Positions 51,564 through 61,248 of a stretch of DNA of 64,000 bases are shown piece after piece. The notes under the pieces are model-generated. The model saw only the letters and a list, made by a program, of their open reading frames with translations. It was not told the DNA's origin and made no database searches. Source of the stretch: Eubacteriales bacterium (GTDB lineage: Bacteria; Bacillota; Clostridia; Oscillospirales; CAG-272); contig JAZSBL010000030.1 of NCBI GenBank assembly GCA_045602385.1, positions 2,902 to 66,901 of the forward strand, read 5' to 3'. Position 1 is the stretch's first letter. Each line of letters begins with the position of its first letter. The position numbers and the translations under genes are program-made.

Positions 51564-54500
51564 TTAGGGGTGATAGTACTCCATAGCTATACACGCGCCA
51601 AGATCCTTATAGTAAAGGGTTATATGGTCACCGGTAGCTATCTGTTCATTCAACGGTCCAACCATCGTACCGTCGGTGTACGCCAATCCTCCGCCACTCG
51701 TCTGGAATATAGGCGCCCATCTTCCGCTCTGCTGATATATAGTATTGGCCGCATAATCAAGCGCGAGATTCTGGAAGGATGTGGTGTTATTGTCATGGTG
51801 CGACTGCATGATCATGACGCCATCCTTTTCAAAGCTTGCGTTGCACATGCCTGCTCCGTCAAAGCCCATACCTGCGTTACCCATTGCAACCATCATCATG
51901 TTGATCGTCTCAACACCCTGGATTTTATTTGTAGTTACAAATCCAAACGCATTATTGCCCAAAGCCTTACCGATAAGAGGACTCATCGCTCTTATCTGTG
52001 CCGCCATCTGCGTCTGACCAACCGCTACGAACCATGCCTCCTGGCCTGTTACGTAGGTTGAGATCTCGCTTGCGGCATCCGCTTTAACTACAACACCGCA
52101 ATTGCGCTCCATTGCATAATTGACGTGCGGAGCCTGCGCAAGTATTACAGGACCGCCGTTCTTGGAAAGGGAGGAATCTACAATATTTACATCAAGATTG
52201 GGGATATAGTCCCATGTTACCTCTTGCTCTCCGCCGCGATCCTGCTGATGCTCGTTAAGACTCCACAGGAAGAGGTGACCCTGCCATGAGTTGTAGAATC
52301 TAACCTTGTTAAGGTTAAGCTCACTTCCCATGTTCTCTACTATGACGGAGGTCATGTAAGCGTCAATATTGACGTTTGTCATATTGATGGTAGTCTCACC
52401 GACCTTGTAGCAAACAAGACCTCTCATGTGTCTTTCACTTGCGGACTGGTCGTTGGAGTTCGGGTCGTCGTCTCTTGTCGCAATATCTCTTATATTAACA
52501 ACGTAGTCGCGGAATGCCTGTTTTGTTTTCTTGGTTGCGATCTCGTCGTGAGCCGCGCTGGTAAGTCTTATTCTGAAAAGGTCTGACGATGAATAATCGT
52601 CATCGTTGTTAGCTACGCCCTTGGGTGTTACGCAAGGTACATCGTAGGAGTAAACGCTGAAATAGTTTCCGTAGATCGAGAAGCTCTTCTCCTCAGGACG
52701 GAGATCACGGCGGAACAATCCAACGTGATCAAACAGGCCCTGATTTACGCCCTTGCTGTCGATGTAGAAGTATTCGGACGGAAGGTCCTCCTCTCCAACG
52801 TCAAGATTGCAATGCAATACGATAGACGCAAGTCTGTCGGGTCTGCTCACACCCTTGGTGGCAAGGAATCTATCAACTGCGGCTACCTGCGTAACAGAGT
52901 TTTCGCTGCCAAAGCATTCCTGAGTAATATCATGGGAGCTGTTTGTCATCATATTAAGCTCCCACGCCTCGTATACGTTGTATCCGTCAACTACCTTTAC
53001 GGTGTGCGTCTTAACGATATCGGGGTTTGAAGGATCGTATCTTGAAGGATCCTCGGGACGGATCTCAAGTGTAAATGTGCTACCTATTGCCGCCTCTGTA
53101 AAGTCGTAGGAGTTATCCGCAGGATTAAATGCTACGTATGCCGAGTAATCGGACAAAAGCTCTCCGTCCTTGTAAACGTTTACAGTAGTTCTCTCTGTTC
53201 TGCCGTCCGTTTCTATGATATTATAATTTTCGTCAAGAATAACAACGTTGAGATAGAAGTAGAACTTGTTATCATCACCAACGTAGTAGGGGCTGCTGCC
53301 ATCTCTGAAGTTATTCTTGTAGCTTTCACGGGCTACAAGCTCGTCGGGCTTAAGCGTACCGAAGATAAATCCGGTGTTACCCTCAACCTCTGCTTTATCT
53401 CTGACCTCGATCTCAATCTCACCGGTTTTACCCATGTAACTAACAACAAGCTTTGTTTTACCAACCTGTGCGCTGCTGGGCCACTCTGCAATTTTCAGCT
53501 TTGTATTTTCATCCGTAAGTCTCACGTATGTGACCGCGCCGTCAGTGTACGTTACCTTGACCAAAAGTCCGGAAACGTCATACTTGTCTGAACCGGTATA
53601 GATAACAGTACGTACTGTTCCGGGAACGATCTCAACCTTGGAAACACCCTTTACAGTAACGATTACCGTGGTTTTATACTTTACTCCCTTAGCATCGGTA
53701 TAAGTAATGTCTATATGCTGATCTCCGACCTTCGTGGGGTCAATATCGTTGTGCGTAATAGCTGCATCTTCCTTTACGCTGACAAGATATGTATCTCCGT
53801 TATCATAAACGAACGCAACCTTCATGTCGCTGAGATCCAGCTCCTGTCCCTGGAATATGGACGGAGGAATAGATCCCGTAATAGCATGGATATACTGAAG
53901 CTTAATGATCTTAAGTTCTCTCTCTATCGTGCCCGCATCCTCGTGTGTAATGGTGATCTTTACGCCGTTAGCAACGGACTCCTCTTTCGTTGTGATACCC
54001 TTTATATCGGAGAGCTTCTTCTGCTCCTCTGCCTTTACATTGCCCGCAACGTCGGTGTAGGTAACCTTGATCATAATATTATCAAAGTCTACCGCATGTC
54101 CGTCTCTGACTGTATCAAAGTCCGCATCAAAGAATTCAATCTTGGATATGCCGATAATATCGTAAACGTATTGGTATTCAACTACTCCGGGAATGGATAC
54201 GTCAAGGTATCCCTTACCAACTGTGCCTGTGTTAGCTGTGCCAACTACAACGCCGTCCGCAATTCTAAAGGTGCGGATAATGGGCTCAAAGCCCTCAGTC
54301 GAGAAGGTTACCGTAACCTCTATGCCGGACGCATCGAGAGTTTCACCCTTCTTAACCTGAGTAGCAACTCCTCTTACAGTAGTGCTGCTAACGGGAAGAA
54401 CTGTAACGTTAACGGTTGTTTCCTCGGTTTTTCCGTTAAACGTGTAGGTCGCCTTCAGCACTGCATTACCTGCCGCAGTGGTAACCACGTCAGTGATAGT

Positions 54501-56168
54501 GGCTGTGACCTTCTTTCGGGTGTTATTATCAAAGTTAGCAAATACCGTCACGCTTGATTCGTCATAATCTCCGCCAAGCTCAACGTACTTGTCGTATGCG
54601 GTAATTTCAATGCTTACAAGATCGGGAGGTGTGGTCGTGATTATGATATCGTCCGTGAAGGTTCCCCACTCACCCGTGTAAGTAACGGTAAGGGTCTTAT
54701 TCTCCTCGGAATCCTTATCCAAGGTATCAACGTTAGTTGTAATACCTGTTTCGAGCAGAACCTCGGAGCCCTTTTCATCGTCGAATATACCGTATACGGC
54801 TATATCGTCAACCGAAATGGGGTCTCCGGCCTGAATGACCGTGTTCTCCTTATCGGCTCTTATCGCCACAACTGTGCAGATCTTGACCGTGTATGTTATA
54901 GTCTTGTCAAGATATGTAATGCTTATAGTCTGCTCACCGGGCTTGCTTGTATCGATCGTTCCGTCGATCTTAAGCGCGCTTGCACTCAAGGTCTCATTCG
55001 TTCCGTCGGTGTAGCTTGCGTATACCTGAAGTCCACTGATATCAAAGGCTTCGCCCTTAAGCATCTCCTTCTTTATACCGGACTGCACCTGAATCTGGCT
55101 TGCACCGACAACCTCTACGGTTGCGGTAGCTGTCAGTCCTGCATGAGAGAATACAAGCTGCTGATCTCCAACCTTAGTTGTGTCAACCGTGCATGTAATA
55201 TTCGATGCGTTAAGCTCGTCCTTGGTTGTGCCATCGGTATAATAGAGCCAGCCCTTAAGCTCAGGAGCCGCGTATGCGTCACCAATCTTTACCTTTTCGG
55301 GGTAAGAGCCCTTGTTGATCTCTATGTGATCGGGAGCTATAACCTCTACAGGAAATTCAATTGTCTTGTCCTTGTATGTAACTGTAAGCTGCTTTACGCC
55401 GGCAGTTGAAGTATCAATTGTACCAACTGTAAGATCCTTGTACTCCTTGTCGGCGGTTACGTCGTTAGTGTAAGTAACCAAAACCTGAATTCCGGCAACG
55501 TCAAGAGTCTGACCTACCTTGATCTTGGATGCAACTGTGCCTGTGATGACGGTAATATCCTTTACACCGATAACGTTAAACTTAACGGTGTCTGTCATCG
55601 TGGGATCCGCATTGTAGGTTACCGTCATTGTCTTCTCTCCGGCAACAGTTGTATCAACTGTGGAGAGTGTATACTGATCCTTGTTAAGGATCTCTTCTCT
55701 GCCCGTGCTGTATATCGCGATTACCTGAAGGGTATCGAGCTTAAGCTCATCGAATACGTAGCAATTGGTATCCTCAACTGCAATATTAGCATCAATACCG
55801 ATAACGTATGCAGTTGCCTCAGGGTCAACGACCGCTATGCGGAATGTTGTGCTGACACTCTGGTATGTTACCTTAACGGTCTTCATACCAACCTCGGAGG
55901 TGTCTACTGCGCCGACAGTTACGTCAGCAAATCCAACGGTCTTGCTTGTTCCGTCACTGTAATTTACCTTTACCTGAATGCCCGAAAAATCGGGGATCGC
56001 ATCCAGATTTACCTGTGCGGGGGTAGTTCCCTCGACAACCTCAATAGAGGTTACCGTTACCTCGGCTGAGGGCCCGTCCTCGGTCTCCTCCTCCGGCTTT
56101 GCGCATGCGGCAAGGCAAACCAATACCGCAAGCATTGCTATAAATAAGATTAATAATTTGCGTTTCAT
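51564..56168 (-). CDS. giant surface lipoprotein with about 11 Ig-like (Big_3-type) repeats and a ~610-aa uncharacterised C-terminal domain
   Basis: 1534 aa. Signal peptide with lipobox LVCLAAC. Repeats of ~81 aa each end in a ...G.K.LTVTY.....F.V.V pattern. Confidence 0.85.
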   Translation of the reverse strand: MKRKLLILFIAMLAVLVCLAACAKPEEETEDGPSAEVTVTSIEVVEGTTPAQVNLDAIPDFSGIQVKVNYSDGTSKTVGFADVTVGAVDTSEVGMKTVKVTYQSVSTTFRIAVVDPEATAYVIGIDANIAVEDTNCYVFDELKLDTLQVIAIYSTGREEILNKDQYTLSTVDTTVAGEKTMTVTYNADPTMTDTVKFNVIGVKDITVITGTVASKIKVGQTLDVAGIQVLVTYTNDVTADKEYKDLTVGTIDTSTAGVKQLTVTYKDKTIEFPVEVIAPDHIEINKGSYPEKVKIGDAYAAPELKGWLYYTDGTTKDELNASNITCTVDTTKVGDQQLVFSHAGLTATATVEVVGASQIQVQSGIKKEMLKGEAFDISGLQVYASYTDGTNETLSASALKIDGTIDTSKPGEQTISITYLDKTITYTVKICTVVAIRADKENTVIQAGDPISVDDIAVYGIFDDEKGSEVLLETGITTNVDTLDKDSEENKTLTVTYTGEWGTFTDDIIITTTPPDLVSIEITAYDKYVELGGDYDESSVTVFANFDNNTRKKVTATITDVVTTAAGNAVLKATYTFNGKTEETTVNVTVLPVSSTTVRGVATQVKKGETLDASGIEVTVTFSTEGFEPIIRTFRIADGVVVGTANTGTVGKGYLDVSIPGVVEYQYVYDIIGISKIEFFDADFDTVRDGHAVDFDNIMIKVTYTDVAGNVKAEEQKKLSDIKGITTKEESVANGVKITITHEDAGTIERELKIIKLQYIHAITGSIPPSIFQGQELDLSDMKVAFVYDNGDTYLVSVKEDAAITHNDIDPTKVGDQHIDITYTDAKGVKYKTTVIVTVKGVSKVEIVPGTVRTVIYTGSDKYDVSGLLVKVTYTDGAVTYVRLTDENTKLKIAEWPSSAQVGKTKLVVSYMGKTGEIEIEVRDKAEVEGNTGFIFGTLKPDELVARESYKNNFRDGSSPYYVGDDNKFYFYLNVVILDENYNIIETDGRTERTTVNVYKDGELLSDYSAYVAFNPADNSYDFTEAAIGSTFTLEIRPEDPSRYDPSNPDIVKTHTVKVVDGYNVYEAWELNMMTNSSHDITQECFGSENSVTQVAAVDRFLATKGVSRPDRLASIVLHCNLDVGEEDLPSEYFYIDSKGVNQGLFDHVGLFRRDLRPEEKSFSIYGNYFSVYSYDVPCVTPKGVANNDDDYSSSDLFRIRLTSAAHDEIATKKTKQAFRDYVVNIRDIATRDDDPNSNDQSASERHMRGLVCYKVGETTINMTNVNIDAYMTSVIVENMGSELNLNKVRFYNSWQGHLFLWSLNEHQQDRGGEQEVTWDYIPNLDVNIVDSSLSKNGGPVILAQAPHVNYAMERNCGVVVKADAASEISTYVTGQEAWFVAVGQTQMAAQIRAMSPLIGKALGNNAFGFVTTNKIQGVETINMMMVAMGNAGMGFDGAGMCNASFEKDGVMIMQSHHDNNTTSFQNLALDYAANTIYQQSGRWAPIFQTSGGGLAYTDGTMVGPLNEQIATGDHITLYYKDLGACIAMEYYHP
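53400..56066 (-). repeat. Coding array of about 11 diverged ~81-aa Ig-like domain repeats
   Basis: Protein residues ~35-923 show recurring V..I.V......V.G..LD.SG..V.V.Y.DG.......L.....DTS..G...L.V.Y. The repeats are diverged at the DNA level. Confidence 0.7.
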
Positions 56169-56324
56169 TTTTAATATCCTTTCGTATAGGCATTTTAAAA
56201 ATTAAAATGTTTGATTTTGTTCAGGTTAAGTCGTGCGACTGAACCCAAAGGCTTCGCCCTGATTCTATTTACAACCTCCTTTACAACGTATTTTTTATTG
56301 GTAGCTTTGTTTGCATGTCAACAC

Positions 56325-56720
56325 TTACGGGGAAATGATAAGAATCGAGTCCTCGGCGTTACTGCCATCCTTAGCTATGATTCTTACCTTTAGCATTCCG
56401 GGGGTGGTAAACGTTACTACGCCGTACTCGTCTACGCTTGCCACGTGCGACTGCTCATAAGCGAAGTCTACTTCTGTATTTGATGCGTCATCGGGATAAA
56501 CGTGATAATCTAACTTTATACGTCTCTCTCCCTTTTCATTTGGCGTTACAATGATGTAATCGCCATGCGTATCGCTGTATTTTTGTCCCTCGTTGGTTAT
56601 CTCTACACGCTCAACGGGGATAACCTCCTCAAACACCTTGAACTGCAATCCGAAGAAGCTTACAAGTGCTATTGCCGCTATATATATAAGGGCTATTAAA
56701 ATTACTACTGATTTTTTCAT
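56325..56720 (-). CDS. membrane-anchored small Ig-like (Big_2-like) domain protein
   Basis: 131 aa with an N-terminal TM helix followed by a single beta-rich domain (VASVDEYGVVTFTTPGMLKVRIIAKDGS). Confidence 0.6.
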   Translation of the reverse strand: MKKSVVILIALIYIAAIALVSFFGLQFKVFEEVIPVERVEITNEGQKYSDTHGDYIIVTPNEKGERRIKLDYHVYPDDASNTEVDFAYEQSHVASVDEYGVVTFTTPGMLKVRIIAKDGSNAEDSILIISP

Positions 56721-56722
56721 AA

Positions 56723-58381
56723 TTATTTCTCCTTATAATAAAGCTTAACCATCGAGAAGAACATCCATGTTCTGTATACCAGCACCGCAAGGGCAACCGA
56801 TACCAGCTTGACATAGACATATCCGGATTTTTCGAATAAGAGGAAGAATACCACTCCCGCCGTAAGGAAAGAGACAAGGAACGCGGAAACAGTGGATTTC
56901 ATTTCGTTGGCGTTAGAAACCGTGCTTCCAACGCTCGCGTAAAGCTGTGTCTGGGGGTTCATAAGGTCAAGCTGTGCCGAATAGAACATGTGCGCGATGA
57001 AGATAAATGCCACTCCGGCAATCATGTGCGCAATGTCAGCCGCGGGAAGCGGAAGCGTAAGCACAAGCACAGGTGTCGTTGCAAGTATTGCGCAAAGTCC
57101 AAACGTTGTATTGGGCAAGAGCTTTGCAACTATCGGCAAGTTGTAATTCGAGGGAAGCGTCTTTATAAGGTAGCTGCTCTGTCCGTCTCTTGAGAAAATA
57201 CTTGAGATAGAACAGTTTGCGTTCAATGCGACCAAAAGCATGATAAGCAAATTGAAGGCAATTATCATGTGGTCTCCCATCTCTCTTGTCTTCATAGCAA
57301 GGAATATCTTGTTAAGAAGGAAGATGAGCATCGGGATAGATATAAGAATTCCCACGTTCGCAAATATAGCGTTTGTATTTTTGACCGTAACAAGGAAATT
57401 GGTGTAAACAGAGGATACGACCTTGTTCTTGACTCTGTTTTTCTTGGGCTTTACAGGCTTCTTGAGGTACTCAAAGGGCGTACTCGCCATCTTGTAAAAC
57501 AGGGGGCGAACGACCAGGAGACCTACACCGAGAATTCCAAGCGTGGAGCCTGCCAGAATAAGAAATCTGAAGAAGGTTCTGTCAAGCGGGAAGTAAATTG
57601 CAAGATCCTTTACCTCACCGAGAAGCATACGGGTAAAGTCGTAAAGATAGCTGAACGTCTGCGCGTATGCGGTAAGGAAGTCCTGAATTTCCCAATATAT
57701 TGAGCTCCATGCCGCAACAAGGTCAATGTTTGCGGGGATCAAGGAGATGGCGAAGAAGAGCGCAGCCGCCGCGCCGACAACGGTCGCAGCCAACGTCGTG
57801 ATCTGAAGCCATTTATGCTGTCTGAAAAAGTTTGCTATCCACATTGCGGGAATCGAGAGGATCGCGCCGATCGCAACCGTAAAGAGCGATACCCAGATCA
57901 TGCAGAAGAGCATCCATACGTACGCGCCTGCGGAATATCCGTGGGTGATAAAGTACGCAATGAACATAGGAACGAGGAAAGAGAGATTTCTCTTTATCTC
58001 GAAAATAAAGAATATAACAAGCTTTGAAAGGTACACCTGCAAGGGGGTACACGGAAGCGTGAGGAGAACCGCGTTATCTCTTGCATAGTACATTGATTTG
58101 GTAAGACCTACCGTACAGGATATTACCGAAAGGCCAAGCATTACCGAAAATACAAGTGAAATTACCGTATCGGGAATCGGGAGGCCCTGGAACGAAAACA
58201 GGCCAAGCGTTTTCGATACAAGCAAGAATGCAATACAAAGACCAGTTACAGCCGCCAATTTTACTACTGCGCCGACTACCGACAGCAGTACAGAGAAAAA
58301 TTTTGAATTTTCTGCCTTAAGGCGCTTGAAGTTCATCTGCTCCTTGAGCTGCATCATTACAAGGATGAACAGACTCTTCAT
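56723..58381 (-). CDS. polytopic ABC-2-like permease
   Basis: 552 aa with at least 12 hydrophobic segments. It overlaps the upstream ATPase gene by 4 nt (ATGA) and ends 2 nt before the next gene's start. Confidence 0.6.
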   Translation of the reverse strand: MKSLFILVMMQLKEQMNFKRLKAENSKFFSVLLSVVGAVVKLAAVTGLCIAFLLVSKTLGLFSFQGLPIPDTVISLVFSVMLGLSVISCTVGLTKSMYYARDNAVLLTLPCTPLQVYLSKLVIFFIFEIKRNLSFLVPMFIAYFITHGYSAGAYVWMLFCMIWVSLFTVAIGAILSIPAMWIANFFRQHKWLQITTLAATVVGAAAALFFAISLIPANIDLVAAWSSIYWEIQDFLTAYAQTFSYLYDFTRMLLGEVKDLAIYFPLDRTFFRFLILAGSTLGILGVGLLVVRPLFYKMASTPFEYLKKPVKPKKNRVKNKVVSSVYTNFLVTVKNTNAIFANVGILISIPMLIFLLNKIFLAMKTREMGDHMIIAFNLLIMLLVALNANCSISSIFSRDGQSSYLIKTLPSNYNLPIVAKLLPNTTFGLCAILATTPVLVLTLPLPAADIAHMIAGVAFIFIAHMFYSAQLDLMNPQTQLYASVGSTVSNANEMKSTVSAFLVSFLTAGVVFFLLFEKSGYVYVKLVSVALAVLVYRTWMFFSMVKLYYKEK

Positions 58382-60663
58382 GAATTAGCCTCCTCAGCCT
58401 CATTTTCGGGCTCTTCGTAAGGAACGTGCTCGTCGTTTCCGTCGTAAATAATGTCAAGATAGAACTTTTCAAGCTCTATTCCCTTCTCGTTAAGCTCTTT
58501 CATGGAAGTGAACGCGCGGAGCTGACCCTTCTTGATAATTGCGATCTTGTCACAAAGCTTTTCAACAACGTCAATAATGTGGGAGCTGAAGAATACGATA
58601 TTACCCTTTGCGGCATGCTCCTTCATGCACTCCTTAACCTCGTGAATACTGGTCGGGTCAAGACCGGTAAGCGGCTCGTCAAGGATCCATACCTTAGGAT
58701 TGTGAACGAGAGCAGACATAATGGTTATCTTCTGCTTCATACCGTGGGAGTAGGTCTTCATCTGGTTGTCAAATGCACCGGTAAGCTGGAAGAGGTCTAC
58801 GTACTTTTCAATGAATGCATCGCGGTCCTCGCGGCTTACCTCAAAGAGGTCTGCTATGTAGTTTATGTATTCTCTACCGGTGAGGTTCTCGTAAAGCGCG
58901 TAATGGTCGGGGACGAACGCGGTGTTCATCTTTGCCGCAACCGACTGCTTCTCTACGTCAAAGCCGCAGATCTCGATATTACCGGATGTTATGGTCTGAA
59001 TTCCAACCATGCTCTTGATAATAGTAGACTTACCCGCGCCGTTGGGGCCCAGGAAGCCGAATATTTCGCCGCCCTTTACTTCAAAGGAAACGTTATTTAC
59101 AGAATAGTGCTTGTTGCTTCCGTATCTCTTGGAGAAGTTACGGAGAACGAGGCTGGGCTCCTCATTACCGCTTATCGATGCGGTCTCGGGCTTTCCGCCA
59201 AGGTATTTCTTAAGATCTTTCTTCATTCTTCTATAATCCCTTTCTCTCTTAGTTCTGTCTTCGTCTGCATCCAGTGCGTTAAACATCATTCCGTAAAGGA
59301 ACCATGCCAGCACGGACAACGCCGCGTATACCGCAAAGAATACTACCTGATATACGGGGTAGAAGGTCAGCTCATAGCCGTTGACGGTCACCGTAGCGGT
59401 TAAATCGCGGGTGTTCTCCGCCCAAAGACCAAGCTTTGATACGATAAAATCACTGTTTGTGTAGAAGAAGTCGCATTCTTCGCCGTTTCTTGCGGTAAGA
59501 TATGCGTTGGTGAAAAGCATCGAGCCGTAATAAACGGCAAGCGTTATCATCGCGTATACCCACTGTATGAATTTGGGGCGCTTGAATACCTTAAGCGAAA
59601 TTATAAGCAGCGGCATTCCAAATGCTGCGTAGTGGTTTACCCAGTAGGAAACACGCTCTGTTCCGATTGCATTCCAGTCTACCATCGCGTGGGGGAATAT
59701 CATCGCCATCAACGCGCCGACAACTCCGATAAACAAGCTGAAGTTAAACAATCTCTTCATTTTGAATATCAGACAAAGAGGAATAAGGAACATCGCCGTG
59801 TTACAAAGGTGAAGCGGCCAGTTCTTAAGCTCCGCGAACTGCCAAAGCTCCCATCTGCCTATGTATACCCAAAGGAAAGCCAGGGACATATATATAAGGA
59901 TCATTCTGTTCTTTTCAACAGGATTCCTCTTAAGCAGCAGATATCCAATCAAGGGAAGCGCTATTGCCATATAGAGCATAAATCTGTGCTCGGGCGTAAC
60001 GTCGTAAAGCTTGATCGCAGGGTCAATTCCAACGAAGAAAGCCTGAAGCACGTAGCAAGGCATGATCGCCAGAAGAGCCATGATAAGGCCGTAGAAAAAG
60101 TTTCCAAAATCCTTAAGCTTTACGGGGACCTCAAATCTCTTCTCGGAGATTATGTTGCCCGCAATAATACCAAGTCCCACGGCAATCTCCGCAGCCATTA
60201 TCCAGAGTCTTGCGGATGAAAGCGCGTAAGCCTCTGTGCCGACCGTTCCGATCGCATATGTCTCGAAGCAGACGAGAAGCACAACGAAGAGAGGCAAGCA
60301 GAACAGGTTCACAATTCTGTGCAGCGTTTTGTACTTAAAGAATGCGCTGAGCACCGTAAGCACGATCGCCGCATAAGAGAACCACAAAAGCAATACAGCA
60401 AGAGCGGTCTGCGCCTCATTGAGCTCGCCCGCACTGTTAAAGGGCGACAGAGTATCGTAAAGTCCCTTTAAATTATAAATTGCGGGCTTCAGGTAGAGGT
60501 ATCTGAAAAAGGATACCAAAAACAGAGCCGCCGCAAGGGGCTTTTGCACGTACGCAATATTAACCTTAAATCGCTTTAGGATGAACCAAAGTCCTACCAA
60601 CAATAATGCGGCACAAACAGAGCCGGCCGCAAACGTCAAATTAATCACACCCAATAACCTCAC
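58378..60663 (-). CDS. fusion protein: N-terminal polytopic YwaF/TMEM164-like membrane domain plus C-terminal ABC ATPase
   Basis: Residues ~1-462 are hydrophobic and include WPLHLC. A charged linker follows, then an NBD with Walker A GPNGAGKST, signature YSHGMKQK and Walker B WILDEPLTGLD. The true start may be GTG 60648 (GAGG RBS). Confidence 0.8.
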   Translation of the reverse strand: MRLLGVINLTFAAGSVCAALLLVGLWFILKRFKVNIAYVQKPLAAALFLVSFFRYLYLKPAIYNLKGLYDTLSPFNSAGELNEAQTALAVLLLWFSYAAIVLTVLSAFFKYKTLHRIVNLFCLPLFVVLLVCFETYAIGTVGTEAYALSSARLWIMAAEIAVGLGIIAGNIISEKRFEVPVKLKDFGNFFYGLIMALLAIMPCYVLQAFFVGIDPAIKLYDVTPEHRFMLYMAIALPLIGYLLLKRNPVEKNRMILIYMSLAFLWVYIGRWELWQFAELKNWPLHLCNTAMFLIPLCLIFKMKRLFNFSLFIGVVGALMAMIFPHAMVDWNAIGTERVSYWVNHYAAFGMPLLIISLKVFKRPKFIQWVYAMITLAVYYGSMLFTNAYLTARNGEECDFFYTNSDFIVSKLGLWAENTRDLTATVTVNGYELTFYPVYQVVFFAVYAALSVLAWFLYGMMFNALDADEDRTKRERDYRRMKKDLKKYLGGKPETASISGNEEPSLVLRNFSKRYGSNKHYSVNNVSFEVKGGEIFGFLGPNGAGKSTIIKSMVGIQTITSGNIEICGFDVEKQSVAAKMNTAFVPDHYALYENLTGREYINYIADLFEVSREDRDAFIEKYVDLFQLTGAFDNQMKTYSHGMKQKITIMSALVHNPKVWILDEPLTGLDPTSIHEVKECMKEHAAKGNIVFFSSHIIDVVEKLCDKIAIIKKGQLRAFTSMKELNEKGIELEKFYLDIIYDGNDEHVPYEEPENEAEEANS

Positions 60664-60719
60664 ATTTTGGATTTTTCGGATAAAATACTGATTAGATTCA
60701 CCATCATTATCACGGTCAA

Positions 60720-60748
60720 ATTATACCCCAAAAATGCTAAAAAGTCAA
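60720..60748 (-). promoter_or_regulatory. Consensus sigma-A promoter for the ABC/Ig-protein operon
   Basis: On the minus strand: TTGACT (60743-60748), 17 nt, TATAAT (60720-60725). Confidence 0.55.
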
Positions 60749-61189
60749 CATTTTCGAAAACCGTTCGATATTATCGCTAAAATGCCACCCTTGTTTTGAC
60801 GTGTTTTTGTTTATTTTGCCAATTGACTTTTATTCGTGTACACATTTCGTTAATATGTATTTTTACAATCGACTAATTTAATACACATTTTCCACTTGTT
60901 TCTTTCAAAAACCGCCCAAAATAATTGTAATAAATGGTAATTAATGTAATTTAGAGCCATTTTTGAAGCAGTTTTTTACATTTTTTGGAAAATGTATCTT
61001 TTGCCTCATCTGTAAAGTTATGTTAAGTAAAAATTAAGTCTGATGAAACTTATGTTCGATGACTTTGCAAACCTATTTATATATAATATAAATAGTTCAC
61101 TGCAAGCGTGAATATTTACACGCAAAACACACCGTCAAACAGAAAAATCTTGCCCCCTTCCCGCACTTTATTCGACTCGGATCAATCAA

Positions 61190-61226
61190 AACAATCACAA
61201 AAGAGGAGCAGACGTTGTCTGCTCCC
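61190..61226 (-). terminator. Rho-independent terminator after the 61249-62091 gene
   Basis: GGAGCAGAC (61205-61213) pairs with GTCTGCTCC (61217-61225). On the minus strand it is followed by TCTTTTGT. Confidence 0.65.
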
Positions 61227-61248
61227 CATCTCTTTTTATAAGTTATAT

